Assembly: GCA_963666215.2 (NCBI GenBank)
Contig: CAXWPL010000003.1
Coordinates: forward strand, 352,001 to 416,000
Length of the DNA stretch: 64,000 nucleotides
Origin: Acidobacteriota bacterium
Lineage (GTDB): Bacteria; Acidobacteriota; UBA890; WLXD01
Direction of reading: 5' to 3'
Shown: positions 50,726-60,513 of the stretch, piece after piece
Position numbering within the stretch: position 1 is the first letter of the stretch
Layout of the letters: each line of letters begins with the position of its first letter
Notes under the pieces: model-generated
The model's input: the letters and a program-made list of their open reading frames with translations, nothing else
Told to the model about the DNA's origin: nothing
Database searches by the model: none
Position numbers and translations under genes: made by a program

Positions 50726-51904
50726 ATGGAACAGCTCACGCAATTGATCGACACCGAACGCTGGCTGGAAGTGTTTCAGACGTTTGTGCTACCGCGACTC
50801 ATTCAGACCGGGCTGCAGATCCTCGGCGCCACCGTGGCTCTGTACGCCTTCCGGTGGCTCAGTGGAAAGATCCATACGCACCTCGCAAGCCGTACAAGAA
50901 CTCTCGTCGACGACATCTTGTCGCACGCGGTGCGCGGCTGCGGTCAGATATCGATTGGCTTCTGGGCAGCGATGCGAATCGCGCAGATCTGGGATCTCGG
51001 CGGACTGGCCGACACCCTCGTGGCAGTGTGGATCGTTGTTTTCTCCTTCCCGGTGAGCAAGTTCGCCACCGACCTGCTGGAGATCGCCGAAGCCGGAATC
51101 GTCGGCCACACGGGCAGCAAGCTCGACGACACGGCGCTGCCGTGGGTCAACCGGCTGGCGCGAATCGCGATCATCGGCGGCGGTGTCATGATGGCGATGA
51201 ACTGGCTCGGGGTGAGCATCACGCCGCTGCTTGCCGGAGCCAGCGTGGCGGGATTGGCCTTTTCGTTCGCCGCCAAAGACACGCTGTCGAACCTGATCGC
51301 CGGGATCCTGCTCATCATCGACCGACCGTTCCAGGTGGGCGATCGCATCGAGCTGTGGGGAGGCCTGCCGTCGCAACAGGCAACCTGGGGCGACGTCAAG
51401 GAAATTGGGCTGCGCGCAACAGTCATCGAAACACCCGACAAGCTGACCGTGATCATCCCGAACAGCGCGATCATGCAGCGCGACATTGTCAACTACACCG
51501 CATCGGGCCCTCTGATGCGCCTGCGCATCCCGATCGGGGTCGCCTACGATGCCGATATCGACCTCGCGAAGCGTCTGGCGGTGCAGGTGGCCGAGGGAAC
51601 CGAGGGCGTACTCGAGAGCCCGAAGCCGGTGGCGATCGTGCGCAGCTTCGGCGACTCGGCCGTCGATCTGCAGCTGCGAGTGTGGCTGAGTGACGCCCGC
51701 AAGCGTCGTGACATCGGCGACGTGATTACGGATCGCCTGAAGACTATCTTCGACGAGAATGGGGTCGAGATCCCCTACCCCAAGCGCGATCTCTACATCA
51801 AATCCATGCCGCAGGAGCTCGGCGCCGCGACCGGCGTGGGACCCGCTGCCACGCCCCGAATCGACCACACCGCCGAGAGCTCTAGCGAGGAGTCCGAAGC
51901 ATGA
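50726..51904 (+). CDS. Small-conductance mechanosensitive channel (MscS family)
   Basis: AAKDTLSNLIAG, PFQVGD, IGLRAT, IPNS, GVEIPYP. Confidence 0.92.
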   Translation: MEQLTQLIDTERWLEVFQTFVLPRLIQTGLQILGATVALYAFRWLSGKIHTHLASRTRTLVDDILSHAVRGCGQISIGFWAAMRIAQIWDLGGLADTLVAVWIVVFSFPVSKFATDLLEIAEAGIVGHTGSKLDDTALPWVNRLARIAIIGGGVMMAMNWLGVSITPLLAGASVAGLAFSFAAKDTLSNLIAGILLIIDRPFQVGDRIELWGGLPSQQATWGDVKEIGLRATVIETPDKLTVIIPNSAIMQRDIVNYTASGPLMRLRIPIGVAYDADIDLAKRLAVQVAEGTEGVLESPKPVAIVRSFGDSAVDLQLRVWLSDARKRRDIGDVITDRLKTIFDENGVEIPYPKRDLYIKSMPQELGAATGVGPAATPRIDHTAESSSEESEA

Positions 51905-52260
51905 GCACGGGCATCGTGAAATCACGCGACGCGATCGATCTCCACGAGGTAGCCGCGGGCACGGCGACGCAGATGCACACGCTGCTCGGTCCCGACGACG
52001 GCGCCCCGAACTTCGCGCTCCGCCGCTTCGTGATGGGCGAAGGCGGCGGCATGCCGCGGCACACCAACGCGGTCGAGCACGAGCAGTACGTGCTGTGCGG
52101 TCGCGCGCGCATCAGCATCGGCGACGCGGTCCACGAGGTGAAGGCCAACGACGTGGTCTACATCCCGGCCGGCGCGCCGCATCACTACGAGGTGCTCGAG
52201 GCGCCATTCGAGTTCCTCTGCATGGTGCCCAACAAGCCGGACCGCATCGAGCTCGAATAG
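51901..52260 (+). CDS. Cupin-domain protein
   Basis: APNFALRRF, PRHTN..EHEQYV, IPAGAPH. Confidence 0.88.
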   Translation: MSTGIVKSRDAIDLHEVAAGTATQMHTLLGPDDGAPNFALRRFVMGEGGGMPRHTNAVEHEQYVLCGRARISIGDAVHEVKANDVVYIPAGAPHHYEVLEAPFEFLCMVPNKPDRIELE

Positions 52261-52385
52261 AGGACCCTCCCCGCATCCGATCTGGCGCTGCCTGCCGCGC
52301 CTGCGTAGGCTGTCGAAACCGCCCGCGGCCGACGCCACCAACTTCTTGGCGGCGCCATCGCAGACTGGAACCGGAGGCTCTCGTC

Positions 52386-53237
52386 ATGTCCAGGACCGCT
52401 CTAAGAGCACAGGCCCTTGGCCTTCTCGTCCTCACGCCCGTATTCGTCGTCGTGGCCGGGTGCAGCGCTACGATTGAGTCGGGAAATGGGCCTTCGGGCG
52501 ACGCCAACCAGACAGGGCTTCCTGGCGGTTCGGACTGGCGCATTGTCGAGCTGACCCACGAGCTCAGCCCCGACTCCATCTACTGGCCAAACGGCTCGGC
52601 GTTCGAATTCGAACGCGAAGTGTGGGGCCACGACGAGGCCGGCGACTGGTACGCGATGGCGCGTTACGCGACGCCGGAACACCTTGGAACGCATCTCGAC
52701 GCGCCAGTTCACTTCGCTGAAAACGGCTGGACAACCGCGGAGATCCCGCTCGAACGCCTGATCGGGCCGGCGGTGGTCATCGACATCTCGGCGCGGGCCG
52801 CCGAGAACGCCGACGCCGCGCTGCAGCCAGACGACGTCGACGCCTGGGAGGCGCGCAACGGCAAGATACCCGACGGCGCGATCGTGCTCGTGCGCTCGCG
52901 CTGGTCGGAGCGCTGGCCGGATTGGAACACCTACTACGGCAGTGACGATCCGTTCGACACGACTTCGCTGCACTTCCCCGGCGTTTCTCCCGAGGCCGCC
53001 CAGGCGTTGGTGAGCCGTCGCGTCGCCGGAGTGGGTGTGGACACCACCAGCGTCGACCCCGGCAACGACACGGCCTTCCGCGCCCACCGTCTGCTCGGCC
53101 CGGCCAACATCTTCAATCTCGAGAACCTGACGAATTTGAGCGAGCTGCCCGAATCGGGAGCGATGGTGTTCGCGCTACCCATCAAGATCGCCGGCGGCAG
53201 CGGCGGCCAGGCCCGCGTGGTCGCCCTAGTCCGCTAA
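52386..53237 (+). CDS. Cyclase / kynurenine formamidase family lipoprotein
   Basis: VAGC lipobox, EHLGTHLDAP.H, GVDTTS.D, LENL, GGSGG.AR. Confidence 0.88.
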   Translation: MSRTALRAQALGLLVLTPVFVVVAGCSATIESGNGPSGDANQTGLPGGSDWRIVELTHELSPDSIYWPNGSAFEFEREVWGHDEAGDWYAMARYATPEHLGTHLDAPVHFAENGWTTAEIPLERLIGPAVVIDISARAAENADAALQPDDVDAWEARNGKIPDGAIVLVRSRWSERWPDWNTYYGSDDPFDTTSLHFPGVSPEAAQALVSRRVAGVGVDTTSVDPGNDTAFRAHRLLGPANIFNLENLTNLSELPESGAMVFALPIKIAGGSGGQARVVALVR

Positions 53238-53270
53238 TCCGCTAATCCGCTAATCCGCTAGTCCGTTAGC
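53223..53270 (+). repeat. 8-bp tandem repeat (CCGCTAAT) seeded at the cyclase stop codon
   Basis: gccctagt ccgctaat x3 ccgctagt ccgttagc. Confidence 0.85.
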
Positions 53271-53366
53271 TCGCCAGGTGGCGTCGCGAGCTCGACCTCC
53301 GGCCGAACGCCAGCGCTGCTGTCAGACGCGCGACTCCGTCTCCGGCGACCAAGCCGCCCACCCGTG

Positions 53367-54491
53367 CTAGTAGCTCGTAAAGATGCGGCGCAGCTCGGCC
53401 GGATCGTCGGTGTGGGCGAGCGCCACCATCAGCAGGATGCGCGCCTTTTGCGGCGTCAGGTCGTCGGCCGCGACCGAGTTGCCACGACCGCCGCGAACAC
53501 GCCCCGAACCGGTGCGGCTACTACGAACAACAATCACGCCTTGCTCCGCCACTTCGTCCGCAGCCTCTGACTGCGCGCGAGTGGTGGCGCCGCCGCCGGA
53601 CCCAGCGATGATGACGCCGCGGGCACCGGCCGCCGCGAAGGCACGGATATCGGTGCCGTCGGCGCCGTTGTAGGTGTACGAGATGTCGACGCGCGGTAGC
53701 TCTTCGGCGCTGAGCCCCGACACGTCAAACTCACTGTCGGCGGTATGCCGTTTCTCCAGGCGCCGATAAAAAACCGGGCCGTCTGGATCGACCGTTCCGA
53801 GCGCCCCCCACACGCGCGACTGGAACGTCTGTACTCGCAGAGCGTTCGTCTTGGTGGCGTCACGCGCCGCGTTGATCTCCTGGTTGAGCACCACCAGAGC
53901 GCCGCGGCCACGCGCCCGCTCGTCGGCCGCCACTTGGATCGCATTCATGAGATTCAGCGGTCCATCGGCCGACACGGCCGTGGCCGGGCGCATCGCCCCG
54001 ACGATGACAACCGGCTTGTCGCTGCGCACCGTCAAGTTGAGAAAGTACGCGGTCTCCTCGAGCGCGTCGGTGCCATGCGTAACCACAACGCCGTCGACCG
54101 TGTGGCCGTCAACGCCTTCCGTAAAGAGAACGTTGATCCGCTGCGCCAGCGCCAGCCAGTCGGAGGGCAACAGCGACGTGGAGCTCACGTTGCTGTACTG
54201 CTCGGCGCTGACGTTGGCGATCTCGTCGATATCTGGAACCACCGCGAGGAGCTCCTCCACGGGAATCGCTCCGGACCGGTAGCCCGAGAGCTGCCCGGGC
54301 CCCGCCGCCCGACCGGCAATGGTGCCGCCAGTTGCAACCACGCGTACGTATCGGAGCGCCTCTTGCGGCACCGCGACTTGGGCCTGCGAGTTCGCGAAGG
54401 CGGGCACAACCGCCAAGCCCGCGACCAGCAACAACCCCGATGCTTGCCTGGCGCCGATTCCGCGTCGTCGGTGCTGGTTGGTTCGATTCAT
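53367..54491 (-). CDS. Type II-like L-asparaginase (exported)
   Basis: ATGGTIAG, HGTDALEE, GAMRP, ADGPLN. Confidence 0.92.
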   Translation of the reverse strand: MNRTNQHRRRGIGARQASGLLLVAGLAVVPAFANSQAQVAVPQEALRYVRVVATGGTIAGRAAGPGQLSGYRSGAIPVEELLAVVPDIDEIANVSAEQYSNVSSTSLLPSDWLALAQRINVLFTEGVDGHTVDGVVVTHGTDALEETAYFLNLTVRSDKPVVIVGAMRPATAVSADGPLNLMNAIQVAADERARGRGALVVLNQEINAARDATKTNALRVQTFQSRVWGALGTVDPDGPVFYRRLEKRHTADSEFDVSGLSAEELPRVDISYTYNGADGTDIRAFAAAGARGVIIAGSGGGATTRAQSEAADEVAEQGVIVVRSSRTGSGRVRGGRGNSVAADDLTPQKARILLMVALAHTDDPAELRRIFTSY

Positions 54492-54585
54492 GTCGTTCCT
54501 CGCTCGTGTCGAGTCAATGCCATGGGGAGTAGAGCGCAAGGCGCCCGCGAGCCGCGCAAAACCCGACGCAGGCTACTACGCGTAG

Positions 54586-55254
54586 CTACCTGAACTCGCG
54601 CACACCGGTGTCGCTTCCCATGAGCACGAGGTCGGCACGGCGCTGCGCGAAGATGCCGCAAGTCACGACGCCCGGCATCGCTTCGATCTCGAGCTCGATC
54701 GTCAGCGGGTCGACAATGCGAAGCCCGTGTACGTCGAAGATGACGTTGCCGTACTCGGTAATGAGGCCTTGACGCAGCTTGGGATCGCCGCCGAGGTCAC
54801 GGAGCTGGCGAGCCACCGACGCGTGGGCCATCGGGATCACTTCCACCGGTAGCGGGAAGCCGCCGAGCACGTCGACGCGCTTGCTGTCGTCGACGATGCA
54901 GATGAAGGTCTGCGCTGCGGTGGCGACGATCTTCTCGCCGGTCAGCGCCGCCCCGCCGCCCTTGGTGAGCGCCAGCCCAGGCTCGAACTCGTCGGCCCCG
55001 TCCACATAGATCGCCAGCTGCGGAACGTCGTTGAGATCGAGAACCGCGAAGCCGCCATCGAGCAGCAGCGCTGTGGTCCTTTGCGAGCTCGACACCGCCG
55101 CGGGGAGCGATCGCCGGCCGCTGTCGACCTCCGCCGCGAGCAGCTCGATGAGGTGATTCACCGTCGAGCCGGTGCCAAAACCCACCACGGGCTCCTCGCC
55201 GAGATACTCGATTGCCGCTGCCGCAGCGGCACGTTTGGCTGTGTCACTACTCAT
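54586..55254 (-). CDS. rpiA: Ribose-5-phosphate isomerase A
   Basis: GFGTGST, DGADE, KGGGAAL..EK. Confidence 0.95.
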   Translation of the reverse strand: MSSDTAKRAAAAAAIEYLGEEPVVGFGTGSTVNHLIELLAAEVDSGRRSLPAAVSSSQRTTALLLDGGFAVLDLNDVPQLAIYVDGADEFEPGLALTKGGGAALTGEKIVATAAQTFICIVDDSKRVDVLGGFPLPVEVIPMAHASVARQLRDLGGDPKLRQGLITEYGNVIFDVHGLRIVDPLTIELEIEAMPGVVTCGIFAQRRADLVLMGSDTGVREFR

Positions 55255-55278
55255 CAGAAAGACCTCTGAAGAAACGCC

Positions 55279-56256
55279 TCAAGTTGCCGCTCCAGCTAGC
55301 GGCGTAACAACGATCTGCTGCAGACGGCGGATGCGATCTTCGGTGGGTGGATGCGTTGCGAGCAACCCGCGCGCCCGCTTCTCGAACTTCTTGATGGGCT
55401 GCACAACATAGAGGTGTGCCGTGGCTCGGTTAGCCGCCTCGAGCACCTCGTCGTCGGCGTCGAGCCGGCGTAGCGCCGAGATCATCGCCTCCGGGTTCCG
55501 CGTCAGCTCCACGGCGCCAGCGTCGGCAAGATACTCGCGCTGCCGGGACACCGCTAGTTGCAGCACCCGCGCCACCAGCGGAGCCAAGATCGACAGCACG
55601 ATCGCCAGCACGAACAACACCAGAGCCATCCCGCCGCCGCCACCTTTCGAGTCGCGCCGGCCGCCGCCTGCGCCGCTCCAGGATCTGAAACGAAGCGTCC
55701 GCCAGAAGAAGTCGGTGACCAGCGCGACGATCCCCACAAGCGTCGCCAGCAGCATCATCAGCCGGATGTCGAAGTGGCGGACGTGCGACATCTCGTGCGC
55801 CATCACCGCCTGCAATTCGTCGCGCGACAGCTTCTGGCGTAGCCCCCAGGTAATGGCCACAGCCGCGTGCTCCGGATCGCGCCCGGTAGCGAACGCATTC
55901 ATCGCCGTGTCGCGAATCAAATAGACCGGCGGCACGGGCACGCCGGCACCAATCGCGAGCTCCTCGACAACGTTGTAGAGCTGCGGGTCGTCGTTCTTGG
56001 CGATGCGCTCGGCGCCACTCATCCGAAGTATCGCTGGTCCTCCGCCGTAGTAGCTCCAAACCGCCACCACGCCCGCCACGCCCATGGCGAACAATCCCAC
56101 CGGCGCCGCGGCCGCGGGTTCGCCGCCGACGAGCGCCGCGCTCAGAAGGCCAACCAGGACACCCGTGAAGGCGATGAAGCCGACCACCAAGAGCACGCTG
56201 TTGCGCTTGTTGCGCGCAATCAGATCGTGGTAGGTGGCGTCACTGTCGTGGCCCAT
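55279..56256 (-). CDS. htpX: M48 zinc metalloprotease HtpX-like
   Basis: NAFATG, HEMSH, SRQREYLAD, THPP..DRI. Confidence 0.88.
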   Translation of the reverse strand: MGHDSDATYHDLIARNKRNSVLLVVGFIAFTGVLVGLLSAALVGGEPAAAAPVGLFAMGVAGVVAVWSYYGGGPAILRMSGAERIAKNDDPQLYNVVEELAIGAGVPVPPVYLIRDTAMNAFATGRDPEHAAVAITWGLRQKLSRDELQAVMAHEMSHVRHFDIRLMMLLATLVGIVALVTDFFWRTLRFRSWSGAGGGRRDSKGGGGGMALVLFVLAIVLSILAPLVARVLQLAVSRQREYLADAGAVELTRNPEAMISALRRLDADDEVLEAANRATAHLYVVQPIKKFEKRARGLLATHPPTEDRIRRLQQIVVTPLAGAAT

Positions 56257-56318
56257 GATGCCATCCTACGCCACAAACGAAGAGCGCCGAACATGGTCGC
56301 AACGTCCGAGGGCGACGG

Positions 56319-56873
56319 CTAGAACTCGACTTTCGGAGCTGCGCGCTCGGCGTCGAGCTCAACTTCGAAGAACTCGCGACCGGCGAAGCCAAAGGTGCCG
56401 CCGACGAGGTTGTTCGGGAAGGTTTCGAGCCCCGTGTTGTACTGCCGCACGGTGTCGTTGTAGTGCTGGCGGGCGAAGGCAATCTTGTTTTCGGTCGACG
56501 AGAGCTCTTCCTGCAGCTGCGCGAAGTTGGTGTTGGCTTTGAGGTCGGGATAGGCCTCGGAGAGGGCAAACAGCTTGCCGAGCGCTCCCGTGATGAGGTT
56601 CTCAGCCCGCGCCTGATCGCCCACGCTGCTGGCGTCGATGCCCACCTGACGAGCCTGGATCACGGCCTCGAGGGTCTCGCGCTCGTGGCTGGCGTAGCCC
56701 TTGACGGTTTCGACGAGGTTCGGGATCAGGTCGTAACGGCGTTTGAGCTGGACGTCGATCCCCGCCCATGCATCTTCGCAGCGCACCTTGAGGCGAACGA
56801 GTCGGTTATAGATGCCGATCAACCAAACGCCCACGACAACAAGCAGTCCACCGAGCCCGAGCAATGCGGTCAT
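56319..56873 (-). CDS. lemA: LemA family protein
   Basis: IDVQLKRRYDLIPNLV, EAYPDLKA, TENKI, FP.N. Confidence 0.93.
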   Translation of the reverse strand: MTALLGLGGLLVVVGVWLIGIYNRLVRLKVRCEDAWAGIDVQLKRRYDLIPNLVETVKGYASHERETLEAVIQARQVGIDASSVGDQARAENLITGALGKLFALSEAYPDLKANTNFAQLQEELSSTENKIAFARQHYNDTVRQYNTGLETFPNNLVGGTFGFAGREFFEVELDAERAAPKVEF

Positions 56874-57017
56874 CACGTCCTCTACGGGTAACCGATGCGG
56901 CGGTCTGCCAAAGCGGCGCACCGCTGCGACGCCCCACTCTTTTTCGGGGCGGCCGCGCCTAGGTTATCAGCGCCGTGACACTGCGTTGGCGCCACTCAGG
57001 CCGTAGGACCTTTGGCA

Positions 57018-57063
57018 TATGCGCATAAACGATGCGTCGCACGCGCGGCGTTGGACGTATAAT
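57018..57063 (+). promoter_or_regulatory. Candidate sigma70 -10 box (TATAAT 57058-57063) with upstream palindrome TATGCGCATA (57018-57027)
   Basis: Consensus -10 in the divergent lemA/oxidoreductase intergenic region; no clear -35. Confidence 0.45.
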
Positions 57064-57293
57064 GTTCGGGCTTTTCGAGCGGTGGGTGAGCTGCCCGCCC
57101 AGCCCCCGGAAACGGTTGCCGATCGCGACAGGTTCTCGAAACGACCATCAAGGATCTCGACAAGGTTCCGCAGGTTTCGAACCGTCTTTCACCGATCTTC
57201 GGGGGCACCCCTATATGGTGGCCGCGCCCGAAGTCCCGAGCTGCGCGCTCCTGACCCCGACACGATCGGGCGGGAGAGTGGAGAGTCGAGGCA

Positions 57294-59252
57294 TTGGGTA
57301 GCAACGGCAAGATCCAAGACATCGCCTGGCGTACCGGTGGTCCGCAGGGCAGTGGTATCGACACAGCTGCACTGATCTTCTCGCGCTCGTGCGGACTCGC
57401 TGGCCTGGAGCTATTCGGCCGCCGCGAGTACTACTCCAACATCATGGGGCGGCACAGCTACTACGACGTGCGCGCCTCCGACGCCGTTCAGACATCGCAT
57501 CGTGACGTCGTCGACATGCTCACCACCTTCGAGGCCGAGACGCTGTTGCGTCATTACACAGCTGTCTGCCCGGGTGGGGCAATCGTGTACCCGAACACCG
57601 AGGCCGACGTTCCTCTGTCGATCGCGACCTTCCTGGACGAGCGCTTTACGGCCGACATCGCGGCCGAGCTCGAAAGCCAAGGCCTGCCGCCCACGACCGC
57701 CGGGGCCATCGAGTCGGCGCGGGCGCGCGGAGTGCTGTGCTACGAGATCAACTTCGATGAGATCATCAACGATCTCGCCGAAACGCTCGGCGTGCCGTAC
57801 AAGATCGCCGCGAGAGCCCGCAACACGCTCGCCGTGGCGGTCTCGACGGCGATCCTCGAGTTCCGCCGCGACATCGTGAAGCTGGCGTTGGAGAAACAGT
57901 GGCCGGGCCGCCAAAAGATCATCGACATGAACGTCGAGGCGGTTGAGCAGGCCTACAACTACACGCGCGAGAAGCTCGACCTCTCGGGATTCATCTTCCG
58001 GCTCGACGCCAGCGAGAGCACCGACAAGCGCATCATGGTCAACGGCAACCAGGCGGTGGCGCTAGGCAAGCTGGCCGGCGGCTTGACGATGCAGAGCTAC
58101 TACCCGATCAGCCCGGCCACCGACGAGAGCACGTACCTCGAGGCGCACGCCGAGTTCCCGACACGCGACGGCGGCGAGGGCTACGTTCTGGTCGTACAAA
58201 CCGAGGACGAGATCTCGGCCATCACGATGGCGGCCGGGGCGGCGCTCACCGGCGCCCGCAGCTCCACCGCCACTTCCGGTCCCGGCTTCGCGCTCATGAC
58301 CGAGGGCATCGGCTGGGCCGGGATCAACGAGGTGCCTCTGGTGGTCACGCTTTGGCAGCGTGGTGGCCCGTCGACTGGCATGCCGACGCGCAACGACCAA
58401 GGCGACCTCCTTTTTGCCTGCAACGCCGGTCACGGCGACTTCCCCAAGATCGTCATCTCCTCGGGCGACGTGATCGAGGCGTTCTACGACGCCGCACAAG
58501 CGTTCAACTACGCCGACCGCTACCAGACGGTTGTCGTCCACATCCTCGACAAGGCGCTCTCGAGCCAGTCGCGAACGATCCCGCCGTACGACCTCGACCA
58601 GGTCAAGATCGAGCGCGGCGAGATCGCCGAGCCACGCGGCCTGACCGATGGAAAACCCAACGGCGAAGGGGCCTTCCATCGCTTCGCGTTCACCGAGTCG
58701 GGGATCTCTCCACGGACGCTTCTCGGCCAGCCGGGCAACGCACACTGGATGACCGGTGGTGAGCACACCCCTCAGGGTCGTGTCACCGAAGACCCGATCA
58801 TCCGCGAGAAGATGATGGAAAAGCGTGCCCGCAAGATGGAGCTGGCGGCCGCCGAGATTCCCGTCGACGAGAAGTTCAAGGTCTTCGGCGACCGCGAAGC
58901 TGACCTGACGATCCTCACCTGGGGGTCGAACAAGGGCGCCGTTCTCGAGGTGCTCGACAAGCTCGAGGCGCAAGACGCGTCCGCGCGGCTAGTGCAAGTT
59001 CGGCTGATGGTCCCGTTCCCCATGGAACTGGTCGCCGTTCTCGAAAGTGCCAAGCCCCTGGTGATCGTCGAGTCGAACTTCTCCGGACAGTTCGCTCAGC
59101 TCCTGAGGCAACAAACGGGGATCACGCCGGACCATCAAATCGTCAAGTACAACGGCCGACCGATCTCCGGCGAGGAGCTTCTCCGCGCGATCAACGAAAT
59201 TCGCGAAGGCGGCGCCGACAGCCGCATCGTCCTCCGCAACCCCTACCAGTAG
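57294..59252 (+). CDS. 2-oxoacid:ferredoxin oxidoreductase alpha (gamma-alpha fusion)
   Basis: GGPQGSG, YYPISPA, EDEI, TSGPG, QRGGPSTGMPT. Confidence 0.93.
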   Translation: MGSNGKIQDIAWRTGGPQGSGIDTAALIFSRSCGLAGLELFGRREYYSNIMGRHSYYDVRASDAVQTSHRDVVDMLTTFEAETLLRHYTAVCPGGAIVYPNTEADVPLSIATFLDERFTADIAAELESQGLPPTTAGAIESARARGVLCYEINFDEIINDLAETLGVPYKIAARARNTLAVAVSTAILEFRRDIVKLALEKQWPGRQKIIDMNVEAVEQAYNYTREKLDLSGFIFRLDASESTDKRIMVNGNQAVALGKLAGGLTMQSYYPISPATDESTYLEAHAEFPTRDGGEGYVLVVQTEDEISAITMAAGAALTGARSSTATSGPGFALMTEGIGWAGINEVPLVVTLWQRGGPSTGMPTRNDQGDLLFACNAGHGDFPKIVISSGDVIEAFYDAAQAFNYADRYQTVVVHILDKALSSQSRTIPPYDLDQVKIERGEIAEPRGLTDGKPNGEGAFHRFAFTESGISPRTLLGQPGNAHWMTGGEHTPQGRVTEDPIIREKMMEKRARKMELAAAEIPVDEKFKVFGDREADLTILTWGSNKGAVLEVLDKLEAQDASARLVQVRLMVPFPMELVAVLESAKPLVIVESNFSGQFAQLLRQQTGITPDHQIVKYNGRPISGEELLRAINEIREGGADSRIVLRNPYQ

Positions 59253-59271
59253 CCGACTGGGACCGAGCACA

Positions 59272-60249
59272 ATGACGACCGCAACGGAAACTCCCAAACT
59301 CAAGGCCAAGGACTTCCAGGTTCCGCACCCCAACGACTGGTGTCCCGGCTGCGGCGACTTTGGCATCATCAATGCCATCCAGCAGACGTTCGCCAGGATG
59401 GGCCTCGACCCGTCGAGCGTCGTCATGGTGGGCGGCATCGGTTGCTCGGGGAAGGCGCCGTACTATGTCGGCTCCTACGGCGTCCATACGCTGCATGGCC
59501 GTCCGCTGCCCTTCGCGACCGGCATCAAGCTCGCCAACCCCGAGCTCACGGTGATCGCCGCCGGCGGCGACGGCGATGGCCTCGGCATCGGCGCCGGCCA
59601 TTTCGTCAACGCGGGGCGGCGCAACGTCGACATGACGTACGTGCTGTTCAACAACGCTGTCTACGGCCTCACCAAGGGCCAGGCGGCGCCGACACTGCCG
59701 ATGGGCCTGCAGACCAAGAGCCTCGCCGAGCCCAACATCCAGATGGAGATCAACCCGCTCATGCTGGCGTTCGCGTCGGGCTTCACATGGATCGGTCGCG
59801 GCTACAGCTACAACATCAAAGAGCTCGTGGGGTTGATGCAGCGAGCCATCGAACATCCAGGTCTGGCGTATCTGGATGTCTTGCAGCCCTGCCCGACGTA
59901 CAACAACATCCACACCAAGGAGTGGTTCGCGGGCAAGGATCTCGAGGAAGTACGGCCACGCGTGCGGCCGCTGCCCGAAGATTACGACGGCATCATCGAG
60001 CAAGGCGCCAGCGAAGAAGACGTTTTCGCGAAGATGAATGACTTCATCGCGATGGCGCACGAGTGGGGGGACTACATCCCCACCGGGGTCTACCTCGAAA
60101 ACCGTTCGGTCTCGAAGTTCGAGGACCGCATCAGCAACCGCATGCCGAGCTACGCGGATGCGTCGCCGGCGGGGCGTCCGATCGCAGACGCCGACGGGAT
60201 CACGCGGACGGAGCTGGCGAGGATCTTCGAGGAGCTGGCGATTAACTAG
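59272..60249 (+). CDS. 2-oxoacid:ferredoxin oxidoreductase beta
   Basis: WCPGCGD, GIGCS, GDGD TPP motif, NN..YGLTKGQ. Confidence 0.93.
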   Translation: MTTATETPKLKAKDFQVPHPNDWCPGCGDFGIINAIQQTFARMGLDPSSVVMVGGIGCSGKAPYYVGSYGVHTLHGRPLPFATGIKLANPELTVIAAGGDGDGLGIGAGHFVNAGRRNVDMTYVLFNNAVYGLTKGQAAPTLPMGLQTKSLAEPNIQMEINPLMLAFASGFTWIGRGYSYNIKELVGLMQRAIEHPGLAYLDVLQPCPTYNNIHTKEWFAGKDLEEVRPRVRPLPEDYDGIIEQGASEEDVFAKMNDFIAMAHEWGDYIPTGVYLENRSVSKFEDRISNRMPSYADASPAGRPIADADGITRTELARIFEELAIN

Positions 60250-60417
60250 TCGGGGGTGCGGGCGGTGCGGCGAGAGGCGCCCCTCGTAGCGGGGCCCGCA
60301 CTTGTGCTGCGCCCTTCGTCCGCTAGGCGACAGCTCGGCACCCGTCAACGGCAGCGACACTGAAGTTGAAGCGCGCCCCGCCTAGAGGGGTGCCTCTCGC
60401 CCCAGGCCCGTCCCAAC
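60249..60417. repeat. About 170-bp imperfect palindrome (core arms 60269-60299 and 60371-60401)
   Basis: ggcgagaggcgcccctc-gta-gcggggc-c-cgc pairs with gcg-c-gccccgc-cta-gaggggtgcctctcgcc. Confidence 0.75.
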
Positions 60418-60513
60418 AGACTCTCGCCCTCGCCAAACACCCGAGGCGCCGCGCTATCATCGCGAGCCAGAGGTCGCGTTCCCTGTCCGCTCGACGATTC
60501 CCGGAGGCCGCTG

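Noticed and set aside
53223-53270. CRISPR array
   Set aside because: Contiguous 8-bp units without spacers, and no cas genes.
60241-60417. Integron attC site
   Set aside because: RYYYAAC/GTTRRRY boxes are not in the correct order, and there is no integrase or cassette array.
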